NCBI RefSeq assembly: GCF_964213995.1 | Contig: NC_135811.1 | Location: forward strand, 77,562,001 to 77,626,000 | Reading direction: 5' to 3' | DNA from: Mustelus asterias | Taxonomy: Eukaryota | DNA length: 64,000 nucleotides | Shown: positions 37,439-51,864 of the stretch, in pieces | How the letters are laid out: every line of letters starts with the position of its first letter | Position numbering within the stretch: the first letter of the stretch is position 1 | Notes under the pieces: model-generated | Told to the model about the DNA's origin: nothing | What the model saw: only the letters and a program-made list of their open reading frames with translations | The model's database searches: none | Position numbers and translations under genes: made by a program

Positions 37439-37570
37439 CATTTGATTGAGTTTGCTGAGTGTGTGTTTGTTGAGAACTTGCTGTAACTGCAGCCTCTCGC
37501 AGCCCAGACTGAGGGTGCCGGACAAGAAGAGCGACACGATCCAAAATCTCCAAATCCTCGCCAAAGCCAT
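37439..37570 (-). CDS. IFN1: Distal duplicate first exon, locus C (intact)
   Basis: MALARIWRFWIVSLFLSGTLSLGCERLQLQQVLNKHTLSKLNQM plus GTGAGT donor. Confidence 0.75.
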
Positions 37571-38367
37571 GACCAACCGAGTCAGAGGGAAAGTCCGATG
37601 TGGAAGAGGAGAAACCGGCGGCTTTGGTGGTTCAGCGGCGAGAACCGTTCTTGCGAAGAGAATTCAAGTCGGGAAGTGGAATTGGAGCCGCTTGTGATCC
37701 GGGAGCGAGCGCCTGTGTTGCCGAATGGTGTGAGTGTGGATTCTGCTGCTCGCTGGCACTGGCACTGCCAGGCTGCCCGCTTTAATGTGCGCCCATTACA
37801 TTGCAAAAGTGAAAATGGGCTGCAGTGGTTTTGGGAGAGCTGCGGGAGATCAGTAGTTTGTGCGGTTTCTGTGTGAGGTCAGGAATGGAAAAGCTGGAGA
37901 CTCCCGAAGCAGCGAGTGAGAAATCCCCGGGAGAAAATCACAAGCAGCGCTCGGTTGCAGCTCAGTGTTGTGTGGGCTTCACATCACCCGAGGGGGCACT
38001 AAGGTGCTGCAGAGGGGGGCTCTGTATTGGGGGGCAGTGTGGACATGGATTGGGGGCTGCATTTGACCATCCGGATTATAGAGACTCCGAGAGAGGCGTC
38101 TTTTAGTGCGGGCATTCGGCCCCATTCCCTCTGATATCCCCGCTATGTTCACATCGCGTTTGTCCTGTTCACACTTCCCAGCTTGAACATTGCAGAGAGA
38201 CCGGCTCAGAGCCCAGGCTCGCCGCTTAATGGAGACTGACTCCGCTCCCATTGAGCAGCCCCACAATCTGCTCTTTAACTGCAAGAAGTTGCTCATTTCT
38301 CGCTTCTTTTCTGCAGCCATTTCCAGACTCTGACTGAGAGAATATTGAATCTGTTCCGATTCTGAGT

Positions 38368-38508
38368 GGGAAAGTGATCCCGCTCCCTTTCCTTTCGCCC
38401 TGGTTGTTTCTCCTCTCTGTCCCGGGAAAGTGTCCGCCTCACTTTCTCTCTGGAAATGAGCCTTGTGTCAGTTTGTGCCGAAAGTGAAAGTGTCTCAGGG
38501 AAAGTGAG
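38368..38508. promoter_or_regulatory. IRF/ISRE cluster, locus C
   Basis: Includes GAAAGTGAAAGTG at 38480-38492. Confidence 0.68.
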
Positions 38509-38633
38509 GCGTTTTGTCATTTCCGACAGTGGGGAGAGTTTGTGAAGAGAGCGGCTCACACTGAGAGGGCTGAGGGGAGGGGCTGCCAAGGGGTTTCTGA
38601 TATTCGGGATTAACCCATGTTCCACAGGGAGGA

Positions 38634-39003
38634 AGATATAGGAGCAGAGTTAGGCCATTCGGCCCATCAATTCCGCTCCGCCATTTGATCAATGCTGATA
38701 TGCTCCTCCTCCCCATTTTCCTGCCTTCTCCCCTAACCCTTCAACCCATTACCACTTAAAAATCTGTCTAAGTTCTCCTTAAATTTATTCACTGTCCCAG
38801 CATCCACTGAACTTTGGGATAGCGAATTCCACAGATTCACAACTCTTTGGGAGAAGTAGTATCTCCTCAACTCTGTTTTAAAACCGACGCAGACGCATGG
38901 AGAATGTGCAAACTCCACACAGACAGTGACCCAATGCTGGAAATGAACCCGTGTACCTGGCGCTGTGAGGTAGTAATGCTAACCACTGTGCCACCTTGCC
39001 ATC
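38634..39003 (-). mobile_element. CR1 3' end fused by deletion to the 5' half of the unit SINE
   Basis: ORF 38733-38918 runs from SINE-derived sequence into FKTELRRYYFSQRVVNLWNSL; junction near 38882. Confidence 0.8.
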
Positions 39004-41505
39004 CCTCTCTGGACACAGGAGACACACTGCAACTTACAATAAAGCTGACAGGAATAAACTAATGGTAAATAAAACTGTCGGAATTGTAAATATTTGGGAT
39101 GAGAGGCAGAAGGAGGGTCAGGAATCTCTTGGAAGAATTTTACAAACAACATTAGCCAGAAACATGCCCGGAAATAACAAGACCTATGGCAGCATGTCCA
39201 CCTTCACCCGGTAAAAATCTCAGCTCCATTTACAGATACCTGGGTCCAATTTGATATCTTCAATGCTCTCATGAGATATGAGCGACTCTGGAGGCCAACA
39301 TTTGTTGTTCATTCCTATTTGCCCCTCAGACGGTGATGGCGAGCCACTTTCATCACCTGCTGCTGCCCTTGTGAAGTAAATAAACTTACAGAGGTGTTGG
39401 GAAGAGATTTCCTGTTTTTTTATCGAGAGACAGTGAAGGAACGGTGATGTGGTCCCAAATCGGGATGCTGGGTGGCTTGATGGTGAGCTTGCAGGTTGTG
39501 TTGTTAACATGCATCTGTTACCCTTGATCTTCTCGAGGGTAGAGGTGGTGGGTTTGGAAGGTGCTGTTGAAGGAGCCTGAGTGGGTTGCTGCAGTCAATC
39601 TTGTAGATGGGACACACTGCTGCCACTGTGCGACGGTGGTGTGGAAGTCAATGTTAAGTTGGTGAAAGGGGTGCAGGCTTCCGGGTATAGATATTATTCA
39701 ATGAGTGGAGATTTCATGCTATGTAGAAATTACAGACAATTGTACAGCTGTTTCTTTATCCTCACTTTTGACCCTTTCCACCTCCATCACCCTTATCAAA
39801 ATTGAGAGGTCTTTGCAAAACGATCTGCTCCAATTTAATTGCCAATAAATGTGACATGAAGCAGCACAACGGGGCAGTATGTTCAAATTCATTTTTTTTG
39901 AAAATGCACTAAACTATTAATTTATGCATTTCTGCATTTAATTGGGGGCAGATTAGCTCATTCACAGATATCTGTTGACCCAAACCATAGATATTTTAAT
40001 GAACTTATCAGTTTACCCTCTGTTAGAATCCTGCTCAAAAATGACTGAAAATGACCTTTAAAAAGACAGGTCCATTTTCTGGTGAATCTGGGGTGCAATA
40101 TTTATTTTATTTTCAAATTCAAAAGTTACATTGCCAATCACTTTATCACAGGTCTATTGCTGTCCTCACACCAAAATGGCTCAATTTTGTTTCTGGAGCC
40201 TTATTGAAGGACTGTAAACAATTTCAATGGTGAATAATTTACCCTGGGGTGAGGCCAATTTCGTGTTGGCCCATTTTTCAGTGTAATTGTTTGGCCAAAA
40301 GGCTAACATCCATGTGACACCCTCACTGGTCACAGAATATCACAAAGCATTTGACAGCTGATGGAGTGCCTTTGAGGTACGTTGTCTGTTGTAATATAGG
40401 AAACACATGAGCCAATTTGTGTTTCATACTCCCACAAACAGCACTCTGATAACGAGCAGAGAACCTGGTTTAATGATATTGATTGTGGGTAATTATCAGG
40501 TTGGCAATCTTGAATTAGTGGATTGCTCCTCCTTCTTGTGTTCTTTTGTAATGCAATTATTATTTAACATGCAGATTTCCAGAAGGTGTAAACCATGATA
40601 CCACATGAGAGATTTTTATCCTGATGTTCCACATATTGTCTTTCCTACCCATAGACTGATTTCCCAATCCGTACTCTGCCGCTTTTTAAAAGTTTGTTCA
40701 AATGGGTTGCATGTCACGGGAATGGTGGGTGTTTGTTGCCCATCCCTAATTGCCCTTAATGGATATAGCATTCTAGGCCACTTTAGAGAGCAGTTAAAAG
40801 GTAACCACAATGTTGTGGTTCTGCAGCCATGTGCAGGCCACAACAGGAATGGAGGGCAGATTTCCTTTCCTTACAGACATGAGTGAATCAGATGGGGTTT
40901 TCGGGCAAATTCATAGAAATGAAAAAGAAACATAATTTGAACCAATATGTATTACGAAAAATAATTTATTGCAAATGTTAAAACATAAAAACATGGTCTC
41001 ATTCAGTATAAAAATTGCCAGTGTGGAAAAACATTGTCTATTCCATAAGTGTAAATAAATAACAATAACTTAACATTTTTAAACTCATTTTATACATTGT
41101 GGAAACTGTCACATTTTGTTACACAAATATATCACAACAATAAATATCAATAAATTAGGGGAGCTGAAATTGGCTGAAAAGTTGTCCATTTAGGAGGGCA
41201 GAAATGGAAAGGTCAGCGTGGCTCTGGGTTTAAGGTTCTGCAAACCCACTTCCTGAAAGCCTGACAGTACATTCCAAATCAGACTCTCCACACACTGAAA
41301 ATGTAACGTTGCATCAGAGGAAAATAACACAACCGTAAATATCAATAAATAAAAAATAAATAACCCAACAAGTCACCCATTATTCTCCCATCATTAATGT
41401 AAAGTATAAAATTCATTACAAATATCCAGAAATAAATATAGTTTTAAATGAAAATTCTTTAAAATAAATATTCATTGTTCCCAGTCTGTAATAGAAAAGT
41501 CTTTT

Positions 41506-43830
41506 TCAGTTTCTTCTCCTGATTTGTGCCATTACGGAAGTCATCTGTTGTAATCGGGCCCTGGTCTCAGTGCGGATTATTTCCCAGGCACATTCACTGA
41601 ATTTCTGAAAAAGAAAATTATTCAGGAAAATGGATTACAGAATGAATAGATTCCAAGAGGGTGAATTAATGTACATGCCAATAACCACACAGTCAATCAT
41701 CAATGGTCCTACCTCCTGATTGAGGAACTTTTCCAGTTTCCTGAAGTAATTGTGAATGGTGAAGTTTCTCCTCATCTTGTGCTCTGACTCTTGTTTCCTG
41801 ACACATTCTTCCAGCTCACTGAGCTGCCGATCCAGGATCAGCCGGAAAAGTTCCACCTTGTCTCGGGCCCATGTGACTGAGCCCAGATTCATGCTGTAGA
41901 TCTTGTTGATGTGTCGCAGAGTTTGATAGACAATCTGGGTCCTGTCCTGTGTCTATACAAAATATACACAATGTCATGAGAGAGATAACATTCCCCATAA
42001 GGCATAGTATGATATAGGCCATAAACAAATAAGGCTAAAAATGTTCAAATGGAAAAGGATTGCTATTTCTTCCTTCATGGGATGTGGACATCACTGGCAA
42101 AGCCAGAATTTGTTGCTCATCCCTAATTGTATTTGACATAAATATTTCAGGGGACATTTAAGAGTCAACCACATGATTATGGGTTTGCAGTCACTTGTAG
42201 GCCAGACCGAGTAAGGACAGCAAGTTTTCTTTCCTTAAAGGTCATGAATGGACCAGATGGATCTCGACAACAATCTATGACAGTCCCATTGCTGAGATTA
42301 GCTGTATTTCCAGATTTATGAATTGAGCATGAATTCGACTGGCTGCCCTGGTGGAAATTGAACTAAAGTTCCCAGAGCATAACACTAGGCCTCGGGGCTA
42401 TTAGTCCAGTGGCATGAGCACTGTGCCACTATTACATCCTAAATATTATTGGGTCAATAATAATTGCAAATAAGCAATGGGAGTTTTAAAAATTGGAGAT
42501 GATTTGGATACAAACTGGGCTCCTTTCAACGAAACAGAGAGGCCAGAGGTCATCCAATTTACAATAAAATTTAGACTCTTTGTTCAGTATAGAACCAAGC
42601 TGAATGCAGACCATATACACCAAAATTATGAAAAGAAATGAGGCGTGAATATGGTACAGGAGAATTAATGCCAGGTATCATAAAAGGGAAGCTAAAAATG
42701 GGTCAGAAGAATATAAAGAATGTGGAGATACCGGTATTGGACGAGGGAGGAGAAGATACGAGTCCAATATGTTTATTTGAAAACAGTAACTTGAATTTGG
42801 CTTCAGTTCAGAAGGAGATGCTTCAAATGTTACAGTAAAGGGAGAAGTAGTAAAGAAATTGGATGGGATAAAAATTGATAAAAAGGGGGTATCACTGTGG
42901 CGGTGCAACTGGGAATGTTAATGGGTTAATGGGAACCGTTTTCCCTTGACTGCCTTTCGGAAACAGCCATAATCCTGAAATATTCTGCACTCAGGCTGTT
43001 TCCCAAACATGTATTGTACATTGTTAACGCAAGGGATATTTCAATTCCATTGAGTCACAGTGGGACACGCTGCATGGAGGCACGTTGAATTTCATTGCAC
43101 TTTCTATAATTTTGAAGTTGAAATGTTTTGTAATGCTCTTCCGCAAATGTTATGAATAATTCATATTTTTGGGGTGAGAGTTAGTGATCAGAAGAATGAA
43201 AGTGTAAGGGGCAGGGAGATACAGAAAATAAAATAGTTCGCGGGCATCTGATCATTCGAGCAAGAGGGCTTATTGGAGAGGAAGGAATGGTTAGAGAGAC
43301 CGATATAATTTCAGGGGGTTCGAGATAGGGAGATAGTAAGTGCGGTAACAGTGAAATTACTGAGTGAGTTGATACAGAGTGAAATACAATGACAGAGAAT
43401 TCTGTCATTGTCGCAATGGGTGAAAATCCTGACCGTTGCCAGTTCCGATCAGATTGTTGATCGAACTTTCTATGAAACCTGTGTCTAAATAAAATGAACC
43501 GAGATTTTACTCACTTCTAATCCCTTCGAAAGCTTCACCAGGTCCAAGGGCTTGGACTTCAGGAAGTGTCTCTGTTTTATACAGTGTTGGGGAAAGGAGC
43601 CACCCTGAGAGGAGAAAAAATATACTTAATTATAAATCCCCAGAAATGTCCCCTGATTTGACATTTCACATGCTGCTCAGAATGCAGCTTTAACTCACCA
43701 TTTGATTGAGTTTGCTGAGTGTGTGTGTGTTGAGAACTTGCTGTAACTGCAGCCTCTCACAGCCCAGACTGAGGGTCCCGGACAAGAAGAGCGACACCAT
43801 CCAAAATATCCAAATACTCGCCAAAGCCAT
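41506..43830 (-). CDS. IFN1: Type I interferon, locus D, intact 4-exon gene (186 aa)
   Basis: Exons 43830-43699, 43604-43515, 41952-41713, 41604-41506; GT-AG phase 0; four Cys; CAWEIIR. Confidence 0.93.
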
Positions 43831-45407
43831 GACCAACCGAGTCAGAGTGAAACCCCCGAACTGAGGATAAGACACCCACCGGATCCGGGTTCAACTCCGA
43901 ACAACAATTATTTTCAAACGAATGAAAATCTAATAGTTCCGCTTCTCAGCCCCGAGTGAACGGCTGAACTGTTCAGTCCTCTTTCCGTGTGTCTGTCTCT
44001 CTCTCTCTCCGTATCCGTGTATATATGTCGACTGTGCTGAGAGGAACTGACCCTGCCATGCTGTCTCAGGGGCTGGTGATTACATTTAAAAAGTGAAATC
44101 TGATAGCGGGAGTTTTGGAAGTTCTTCAGGAGAGGAATAGTTAGTCTGCTCCCTGTCTGAGGTAAGGAATCGGAAAGGCGGAGATTCCGGATCCAGGGAC
44201 TGGAAGATCCCCAACAGAAAAATTACAAAAAGCGCTCGGTTCCAGATCAAATTTCCAACAAACTGGATCAGTATTATCAATATCCATTTTGTAAAAACAG
44301 ATTATTGCCTTCAAAGTGATTGGATTCACATTAAGGGGACAAGAAAAGTTGCGGTTCGTCAGATTGTTGGATTTTGATGCTGTTCATCTTGAGTTCGCTG
44401 CCCGAAGGCGGACCCAACCTATTTCCCCACAAGAGCTCCATAAGGTGATCATTACATTCAGAAATGACACTCAATGTGCCCGTGACACAGGTAAACTCTC
44501 CCTCCTCCTTGTCGCTCTGTCCGCAGCCTTTGACATGGGCGAGCAGACCCTCATCATTCAACTCTCTCCCCCACGGTGCAGCTGATTGGGAGCACTCTCT
44601 CTGCCTCTCATTCTTACTGAAGTCATTATACCCTGAGAATATCCAAAATCGCAGCTTTTCGCCCCGCTCCAACACCACCACGCACCTCAACTTTCAGCCT
44701 CTGCTGTCTATGAGGATCTCACCCTGTTCCCTTTTCTATTTGTCATCTCCAAGCTGCCCCATGGGGACATCACTCACCATTTACCCATCACCCCTGTGCT
44801 GGTTGAATTATGTTGGCTCCTGCTTCAGAAATGCCTTGATTTTAAAAATCTCGCCCTCATTTTCAAACTCCGCCAGTCCCTCATCCCTCCCTATCTCTGT
44901 AATCACCTCCAGCCGCGAATCGCGACGAGATATCTGCTCTGCTCCAATTCTGGCCTCTGCAGAATTCCCCATTTTAATTCACCCACCATGGGTGGTGTCT
45001 CTTCAGCTGCTCAACCCTCAACCTCTGTAATTTCTGCCCTAAACCTCTCCGCCCCTCTTTACCCCATTAAAACGCTCCTTAAAATCAACTTCATTCATCA
45101 AGTTATTTCTCACCTGCCTCAGTATCTCCTCGTCTGACTGACAATCCAATGTTTCTGTATAACACGCCTGTGAATCACTTTGAACCATCAATCTCTCTCT
45201 ATAATGATGAGTGCTTGTTACTGATGGGCAGTCTCTGATTTCCCCCAGTTCAGGCTCACATTCCCCTTTATCCGTCACTCAGTCCCCTTCTCCTCAATGT
45301 CTGCTTTCTATTTCTCTCTCAGATCAGAGTTGCTCCTTCAAACAGATTCAGATTCAATCTCTCCCGGTCCCTCTCTCCCCTCAATATCATTCCCAGTTTC
45401 AACTCAC

Positions 45408-45539
45408 CATTTGATTGAGTTTGCTGAGTGTGTGTTTGTTGAGAACTTGCTGTAACTGCAGCCTCTCGCAGCCCAGACTGAGGGTCCCGGTCAAGAAGAG
45501 CGACACCATCCAAAATCTCCAAATCCTCGCCAAAGCCAT
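45408..45539 (-). CDS. IFN1: Distal duplicate first exon, locus D
   Basis: ATG, 44 codons, GTGAGT donor. Confidence 0.75.
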
Positions 45540-46337
45540 GACCAACCGAGTCAGAGGGAAAGCCCGATGTGGAAGAGGAGAAACCGGCGGCTTTGGTGGT
45601 TCAGCGGCGAGAACGGTTCTTGCGAAGAGAATTCAAGTCGGGAAGTGGAATTGGAGCCGCTTGTGATCCGGGAGCGAGCGCCTGTGTTGCCGAATGGTGT
45701 GAGTGTGGATTCTGCTGCGAGCTGGCACTGGCACTGCCAGGCTGCCCGCTTTAATGTGCGCCCATTACATTGCAAAAGTGAAAATGGGCTGCAGGGGTTT
45801 TGGGAGAGCTGCGGGAGATCAATAGTTTGTGCGGTTTCTGTGTGAGGTCAGGAATGGGAAAGCTGGAGACTCCCGAAGCAGCGAGTGAGAAATCCCCGGG
45901 AGAAAATCACAAGCAGCGCTCGGTTGCAGCTCAGTGTTGTGTGGGTTTCACATCACTCGGGGGGGCACTAAGGTACTGCAGAGGTGGGCTCTGTATTGGG
46001 GGGCAGTGTGGACATGGATTGGGGGCTGCATTTGACCATCCGGATTATAGAGACACCGAGAGAGGCGTCTTTGAGTTGCCGGCATTCGGCCCCATTCCCC
46101 CTGATAGCCCCGCTGTGTTCACATCGCGTTTGTCCTGTTAACCATTCCCAGCTTGAACATTGCAGAGAGACCGGCTCAGAGCCCAGGCTCGCCGCTTAAT
46201 GGAGACTGACTCCGCTCCCATTGAGCTGCCCCACAATCTGCTCTTTAACTGCAAGAAGTTGCTGATTTCTCGCTTCTTTTCTGCAGCCATTTCCAGACTC
46301 TGACTGAGAGAATATTGAATCTGTTCCGATTCTGAGT

Positions 46338-46478
46338 GGGAAAGTGATCCCGCTCCTTTTCCTTTCGCCCCGTTTGTTTCTCCTCTCTGTCCCGGGAAAG
46401 TGTCCGCCTCACTTTCTCTCTGGAAATGAGCCTTGTGTCAGTTTGTGCCGAAAGCGAAAGTGCCTCAGGGAAAGTGAG
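46338..46478. promoter_or_regulatory. IRF/ISRE cluster, locus D
   Basis: Same GAAAGTG x5 arrangement. Confidence 0.62.
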
Positions 46479-46688
46479 GCGTTTTGTCATTTCCGACAGT
46501 GGGGAGAGTTTGTGAAGAGAGCGGCTCACACTGAGAGGGCTGAGGGGAGGGGCTGCCAAAGGTTTTCTGATATCCGGGATTAACCCATGTTCCACTGGGA
46601 ATGGCACCGAATCCCTGTCAGATGGACTGGGATCCGAATCTTCAGTCCGGGTGTCGGTGGGAGTGAGATCCCACAGAACCAACTGTAT

Positions 46689-47057
46689 CATGGAATCCTA
46701 GAGTGCAGAAGGAGGCTATTCGGCCCAAAGCGTCTTCTCGCCGACCACAATCCCACCCTATTCCGTAACCCCACATATTTACCCTGTTACTCGCCTTGAC
46801 ACTAGGGTTAATTCAGCACGGCCAATCCATCGAACCTGCATATCTTTGAACTGTGAGGGGAAACCGGAGCACCCGGAGGAAACCCACGCAGACGCGGGGA
46901 GAATGTGCAAACTCCACACATAGAACAGTACAGCACAGAACAGGCCCTTCGGCCCACGATGTTGTGCCGAGCACACAGTGAGCCGAGGCTGGAATTGAAC
47001 CCGTGTCCCTGGTGCTGTGAGGCAGCAGTGCTAACCACTGTGCCACCATGCCGCCCC
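46689..47057 (-). mobile_element. HE1-like SINE with nested CR1 tail
   Basis: Near-identical to 2444-2818 and 29511-29885. Confidence 0.85.
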
Positions 47058-50055
47058 TTTCTGTAGACCGGAGACACAATGCAATTTTCAATAATGCTGA
47101 CAGGAATAAACTAATGGTAAATAAAACTGTCGGAATTGTAAGGGAGGGTCAGGAATGTCGAGGAAGAATTTTACAAACAACATTAGCCAGAAACATGCCC
47201 GGAAAGAACAAGACCTATGGCAGCATGTCCACCTTCACCCGGTAGAAATCTCCGCTCCATTCACAGATACCTGGGTCCAATTTAATTTCTTGAATGCTTT
47301 CATGAAATATGAGCGACTCTGCAGGGCAATATTTGTTGCTCATTCCTAATTGCCCCGCAGACGGTGATGGTGAGCCGTTTGTTTTTTACTTGCTGCTGTC
47401 CTTGTGAAGGAAATAAACCTATAGGAGTGTTGGGAAGAGATTTCCAGGATGTTTATCCAGAAAGAGTGAAGGAATGGTGATGTGGTCCCGAGTCGGCATG
47501 CTGGGTGGCTTGAAGGTGAACTTGCAGGTTGTGTTCTTAATATGCGTTTGTTACCCTTGATCTTCTGGGGGGTGGAGGTGGTGGGTTTGGAAGGTGCTGT
47601 TGAAGGAGCCTGAGTGGATTGCTGCAATGAATCTTGTAGATGGGACACACTGCTGCCACTGTGCGGTGGTGGTGCGGAAGTCAATGTTTAAGTTCGTGAA
47701 AGGAGTGCAGACTTCCGGGTATAGATATTATACAATGAGTGGAGATTTCATGCTATGTAGAAATTGAAGACAATTGTACAGCTGTTTCTTTATCCTCACT
47801 TTTCACCCTTTCCGCCTCCACCACCCTTACCGAAATTGAGAGGTTATTGCAAAACTTTCTGCTCCAATTTAATTGCCAATTAATAAATGTGACATGAAGC
47901 AGCACAACGGGACGGTATATTCAAATTCATTTAAAAACTACATTAAACTGTTAATTTATGCACTTCTGCTTTTATTTGGATGCAGAATAACTCATTCACG
48001 ATATCTGTTGACCCAAACCATAGATACTTTAATGAACTTATCAGTTTACCCTCTGTTTGAATACTGCTTTAAAATGACTGAAAATGAGCTTTAAAAAGAC
48101 AGGTCCATATTCTGCTGAATCTGGGGTACAATATTTATTTTCTTTTCAAATTCAAAAGTTACATTGCCAATCACTTCATCACAGGTCTATTGCTGTCCTC
48201 ACACCAAAATGACTCAATTTTGTTTCTGGAGCCTTATTGAAGGCCTGTAAACAATTTCAATGGTGAATAATTTACCCGGGGTTAGCCAGTTTCATGTGGG
48301 CCCTGTTTTCAGTATAATTGTTTCACAAAAGGCTTACATCCATGTGACACCCTCACTGGTCACAGAATATCTCAAGCATTTCACAGCTGATGGAGTGGCT
48401 TTGAGGTACATTGACTGTTGTAATATAGGAAACACATGAGCCAATTTGTGCTTCATACTCCCACAAACAGCACTCTGATGACAGACAGAGAACCTGGTTT
48501 AATGATATTGATTGTGGGTAATTATCAGGTTGGCAATCTGGAATTAGTGGATTGCTCCTCCTTCTTTAGTTCTTTTGTAATACAATCATTATTTAACATG
48601 CAGATTTCCAGAAGGTGTAAACCATGATACCACATGAGAGATTTTCATCCTCACGTTCCACATATTCTCTTCCCTACCCATAGTCTGATGTCTCCTTAGC
48701 CCATTGACTGATTTCCCAATCTGTACTCTGCCGCTTTTTAAACGTTTGTTCACATGGGTTGCATGTCACGGGAATGGTCTGTGTTTGTTGCCCATCCCTA
48801 ATTGCCCTGAATGGAGATAGCATGCAAGGCCACTTGAGAGGGCAGCTAAAACGTAAGCACAATGCTGTGGTTCTGCAGCCACATGTCGGCCAGAACAGGA
48901 ATGGAGGGTAGATTTCCTTTCCAGACATGAGTGAATCAGATGGGTTTTTCGGGCAAATTCACAGAAATGGGAAAGATACATAATTTCAACAAATGTGTAT
49001 TATTAAAAACAATTTATTGCAAATATTAAATACATCAAAACATGGTCTCATTCAGTATAAAAATTGCCAGCGTGGAAAAACAATGTTTATTCCATAACTC
49101 TAAATAAATATCAATAACTTAACATTTTAAAACTCATTTTATACATTGTGGAAACTGTCACATTTTGTTACACAAAGACATCACAACAATAAATATCAAT
49201 AAATTAGGGCAGCTGAAATTGGTTGAAATTTCCATTTAGGAGGGTAGAAATGGAAACGTCAGCGTGGCTTTGGGTTTATTGTTCTGCAAACCCACTTCCT
49301 GCAAGCCTGACAGTACATTCCAAATCAGACTCTCCACACACTGAAACTGTAACGTTGCATCAGAGGAAAATAACACAGTTGTAAATATCAATAAATTAAA
49401 AATAAATAAAAATAAATAACCCAACAAATCATCCAGTATTCTCCCATCATTAAAGTAAAGTATAAAATTCATGACAAATATCCATAAACAAATATAGTTT
49501 TAAATGAAAATTCTTTAAAACAAATATTCATTGTTCCCAGTCCGTAATAGAAAAGTCTTTTTCAGTTTCTTCTCCTGATTTGTGCCATTACAGAAGTCAT
49601 CTGTTGTAATCGAGCCCTGGTCTCAGTGCGGATTATTTCCCAGGCACATTCACTGAATTTCTGAAAAAGAAAATTATTCAGGAAAATGGATTACAGAATG
49701 AATAGATTCCAAAGGGGTAAATTAATGTACATGCCAATAACCACACAGTCAATCATCAATAGTCCTACCTCCTGATTGAGAAACTTTTCCAGTTTCCTGA
49801 AGTAATTGTGAATGGTGAAGTTTCTCCTCATCTTGTGCTCTGACTCCTGTTTCCTGACACATTCTTCCAGCTCACTGAGCTGCCGATCCAGGATCAGCCG
49901 GAAATGTTCCACCTTGTCTCGGGCCCATGTGACTGAGCCCAGATTCATGCTGTAGATCTTGTTGATGTGTCGCAGAGTTTGATGGACAATCTGGATCCTG
50001 TCCTGTGTTTATACAAAATATACACAATGCCATTAGAGATTCCATTCCCCATAAG

Positions 50056-50377
50056 TTAGCACTGCTGCTTCACAGCTCCAGGGTCCCAGGTTCGATTCCC
50101 GGCTCGGGTCACTGTCTGTGTGGAGTTTGCACATTCTCCTCGTGTCTGCATGGGTTTTCTCCGGGTGCTCCGGTTTCCTCCCACAGTCCAAAGATGTGCG
50201 GGTTAGGTTGATTGGCCAGGTTAAAAATTGCCCCTTAGAATCCTGAGATGCGTAGGTTAGAGGGATTAGCGGGTAAATATGTGGGGGTAGGGCCTGGGTG
50301 GGATTGTGGTTGGTGCAGACTCGATGGGCCGAATGGCCTCCTTCTGCACTGTAGAGTTTCTATGATTCTATGATTCT
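50056..50377 (+). mobile_element. 5'-truncated young HE1-like SINE
   Basis: Near-identical to 34727-35065; ATAAG target duplication 50051-50055 / 50378-50382. Confidence 0.92.
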
Positions 50378-51521
50378 ATAAGGCATAGTATGATATAGGC
50401 CATAAACAAATAAGGCTAAAAATGTTCAAATTAAAAATGTTCACCTTCAGCGACTTAAAAGGGGATCAGGCCTATGTGTATTGGAATCAAAGATTGCTAT
50501 TTCTTCCTACATAGCATGTGGGCATCACCTGCAAAGCCAGAATTTGTTGCTCATCCCTAATTGTATTTGACATGAATATTTCAGGTAACATTTAAGAATC
50601 AACCACATGATTGTGGGTTTGCAGTCACTTGTCGGCCAGACCGAGTAAGGACAGAGGTTTTCTTTCCTTAAAGGTCATTAATGAACCAGATGGACGTTTA
50701 CAACAATCTATGACAGTCCCATTGCTGGAATTAGCTGTATTTCCAGATTTATGAATTGAGAATGAATTCAACTGGCTGCCCTGGTGGAAATTGAACAAAT
50801 GTGCCCACAGCATAACACTAGGCCTCGGGATCATTAGTCCAGTGGCATGAGCACTGTGTCACTATCACCTCCTAAATATTATTGGGTCAATAATTATTGC
50901 AAATAAGCAATGGGAGTTTTTGAAAGTGGAGATGTTTTGGATACAAACTTGGCTCCTTTTATTGAAGCAGAGAGGCCAGAGGACATCCGATTTACAATAA
51001 AAATTAGACTCTTTGTTCAGTATAGAACCAGGCTGAATGCAGACCATATACACAAAAATTATCAAAAGAAATGAGGGGTGAATATGATGCATGAGAATTA
51101 ATGAGAGGTATCGTAAGGAGGAAGCTAAAAATGGGTCATACTAACATAAAGATTGTGGAGATGGTGATGTTGGACGAGGGGGGAGAAAATACAAGTCCAA
51201 GATGTTTATTTGAAATCAGTGATTTGAAATTGGCTCCAGTTGAGAAGGAGATGCTTCAAATGTTACAGTAAAGGGAGAAGTAGTCAAGAAATTGGATGCG
51301 ATAAAAATCGATAAAAAGGGGGTATCACTGTGGCGGTGAAACTGGGAATGTTGCTGCCTGTCCTCAATGCATCTGTCAAAAGTCCAGGATCAAAGAGGGA
51401 TGACACTTCTCAGGTGAGTAAAACCTGGATGGAAGTCCTGGAGAGGTGAGGATTGTAGGCAATATGGGAAAATGGACAGAAACATAAGGTTGTTGTTCTT
51501 CCATCACATCTTGCACTGCAC

Positions 51522-51864
51522 CATAGAATCATAGAATCCTACAGTGCAGAAAGAGGCCATTCGGCCCATCAAATCTGCACCGACCACAATCCCACCCAGT
51601 ACCTATCCACCAATCCCTACATATTTTATCCACTAACCCCTCTAACCTGTGCATCCCAGAACACTAAGGGACAATTTAGAATGGCCAATCAACCCAGCCC
51701 GCACATCTTTGGACTGTGGGAGGAAACCGGAGCACCCGGAGGAAACCCACGCAGACACAGGGAGAATGTGCAAACTCCACACAGAGAGCGACCCGAGCCG
51801 GGATTCGAACCCAGGTCGCTGGAGCTGTGATGCAGCAGTGCTAACCACTGTGCTACTGTGCCGA
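51522..51864 (-). mobile_element. HE1-like SINE in intron 2, shared with locus C
   Basis: Same site and sequence as 34031-34372. Confidence 0.9.
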
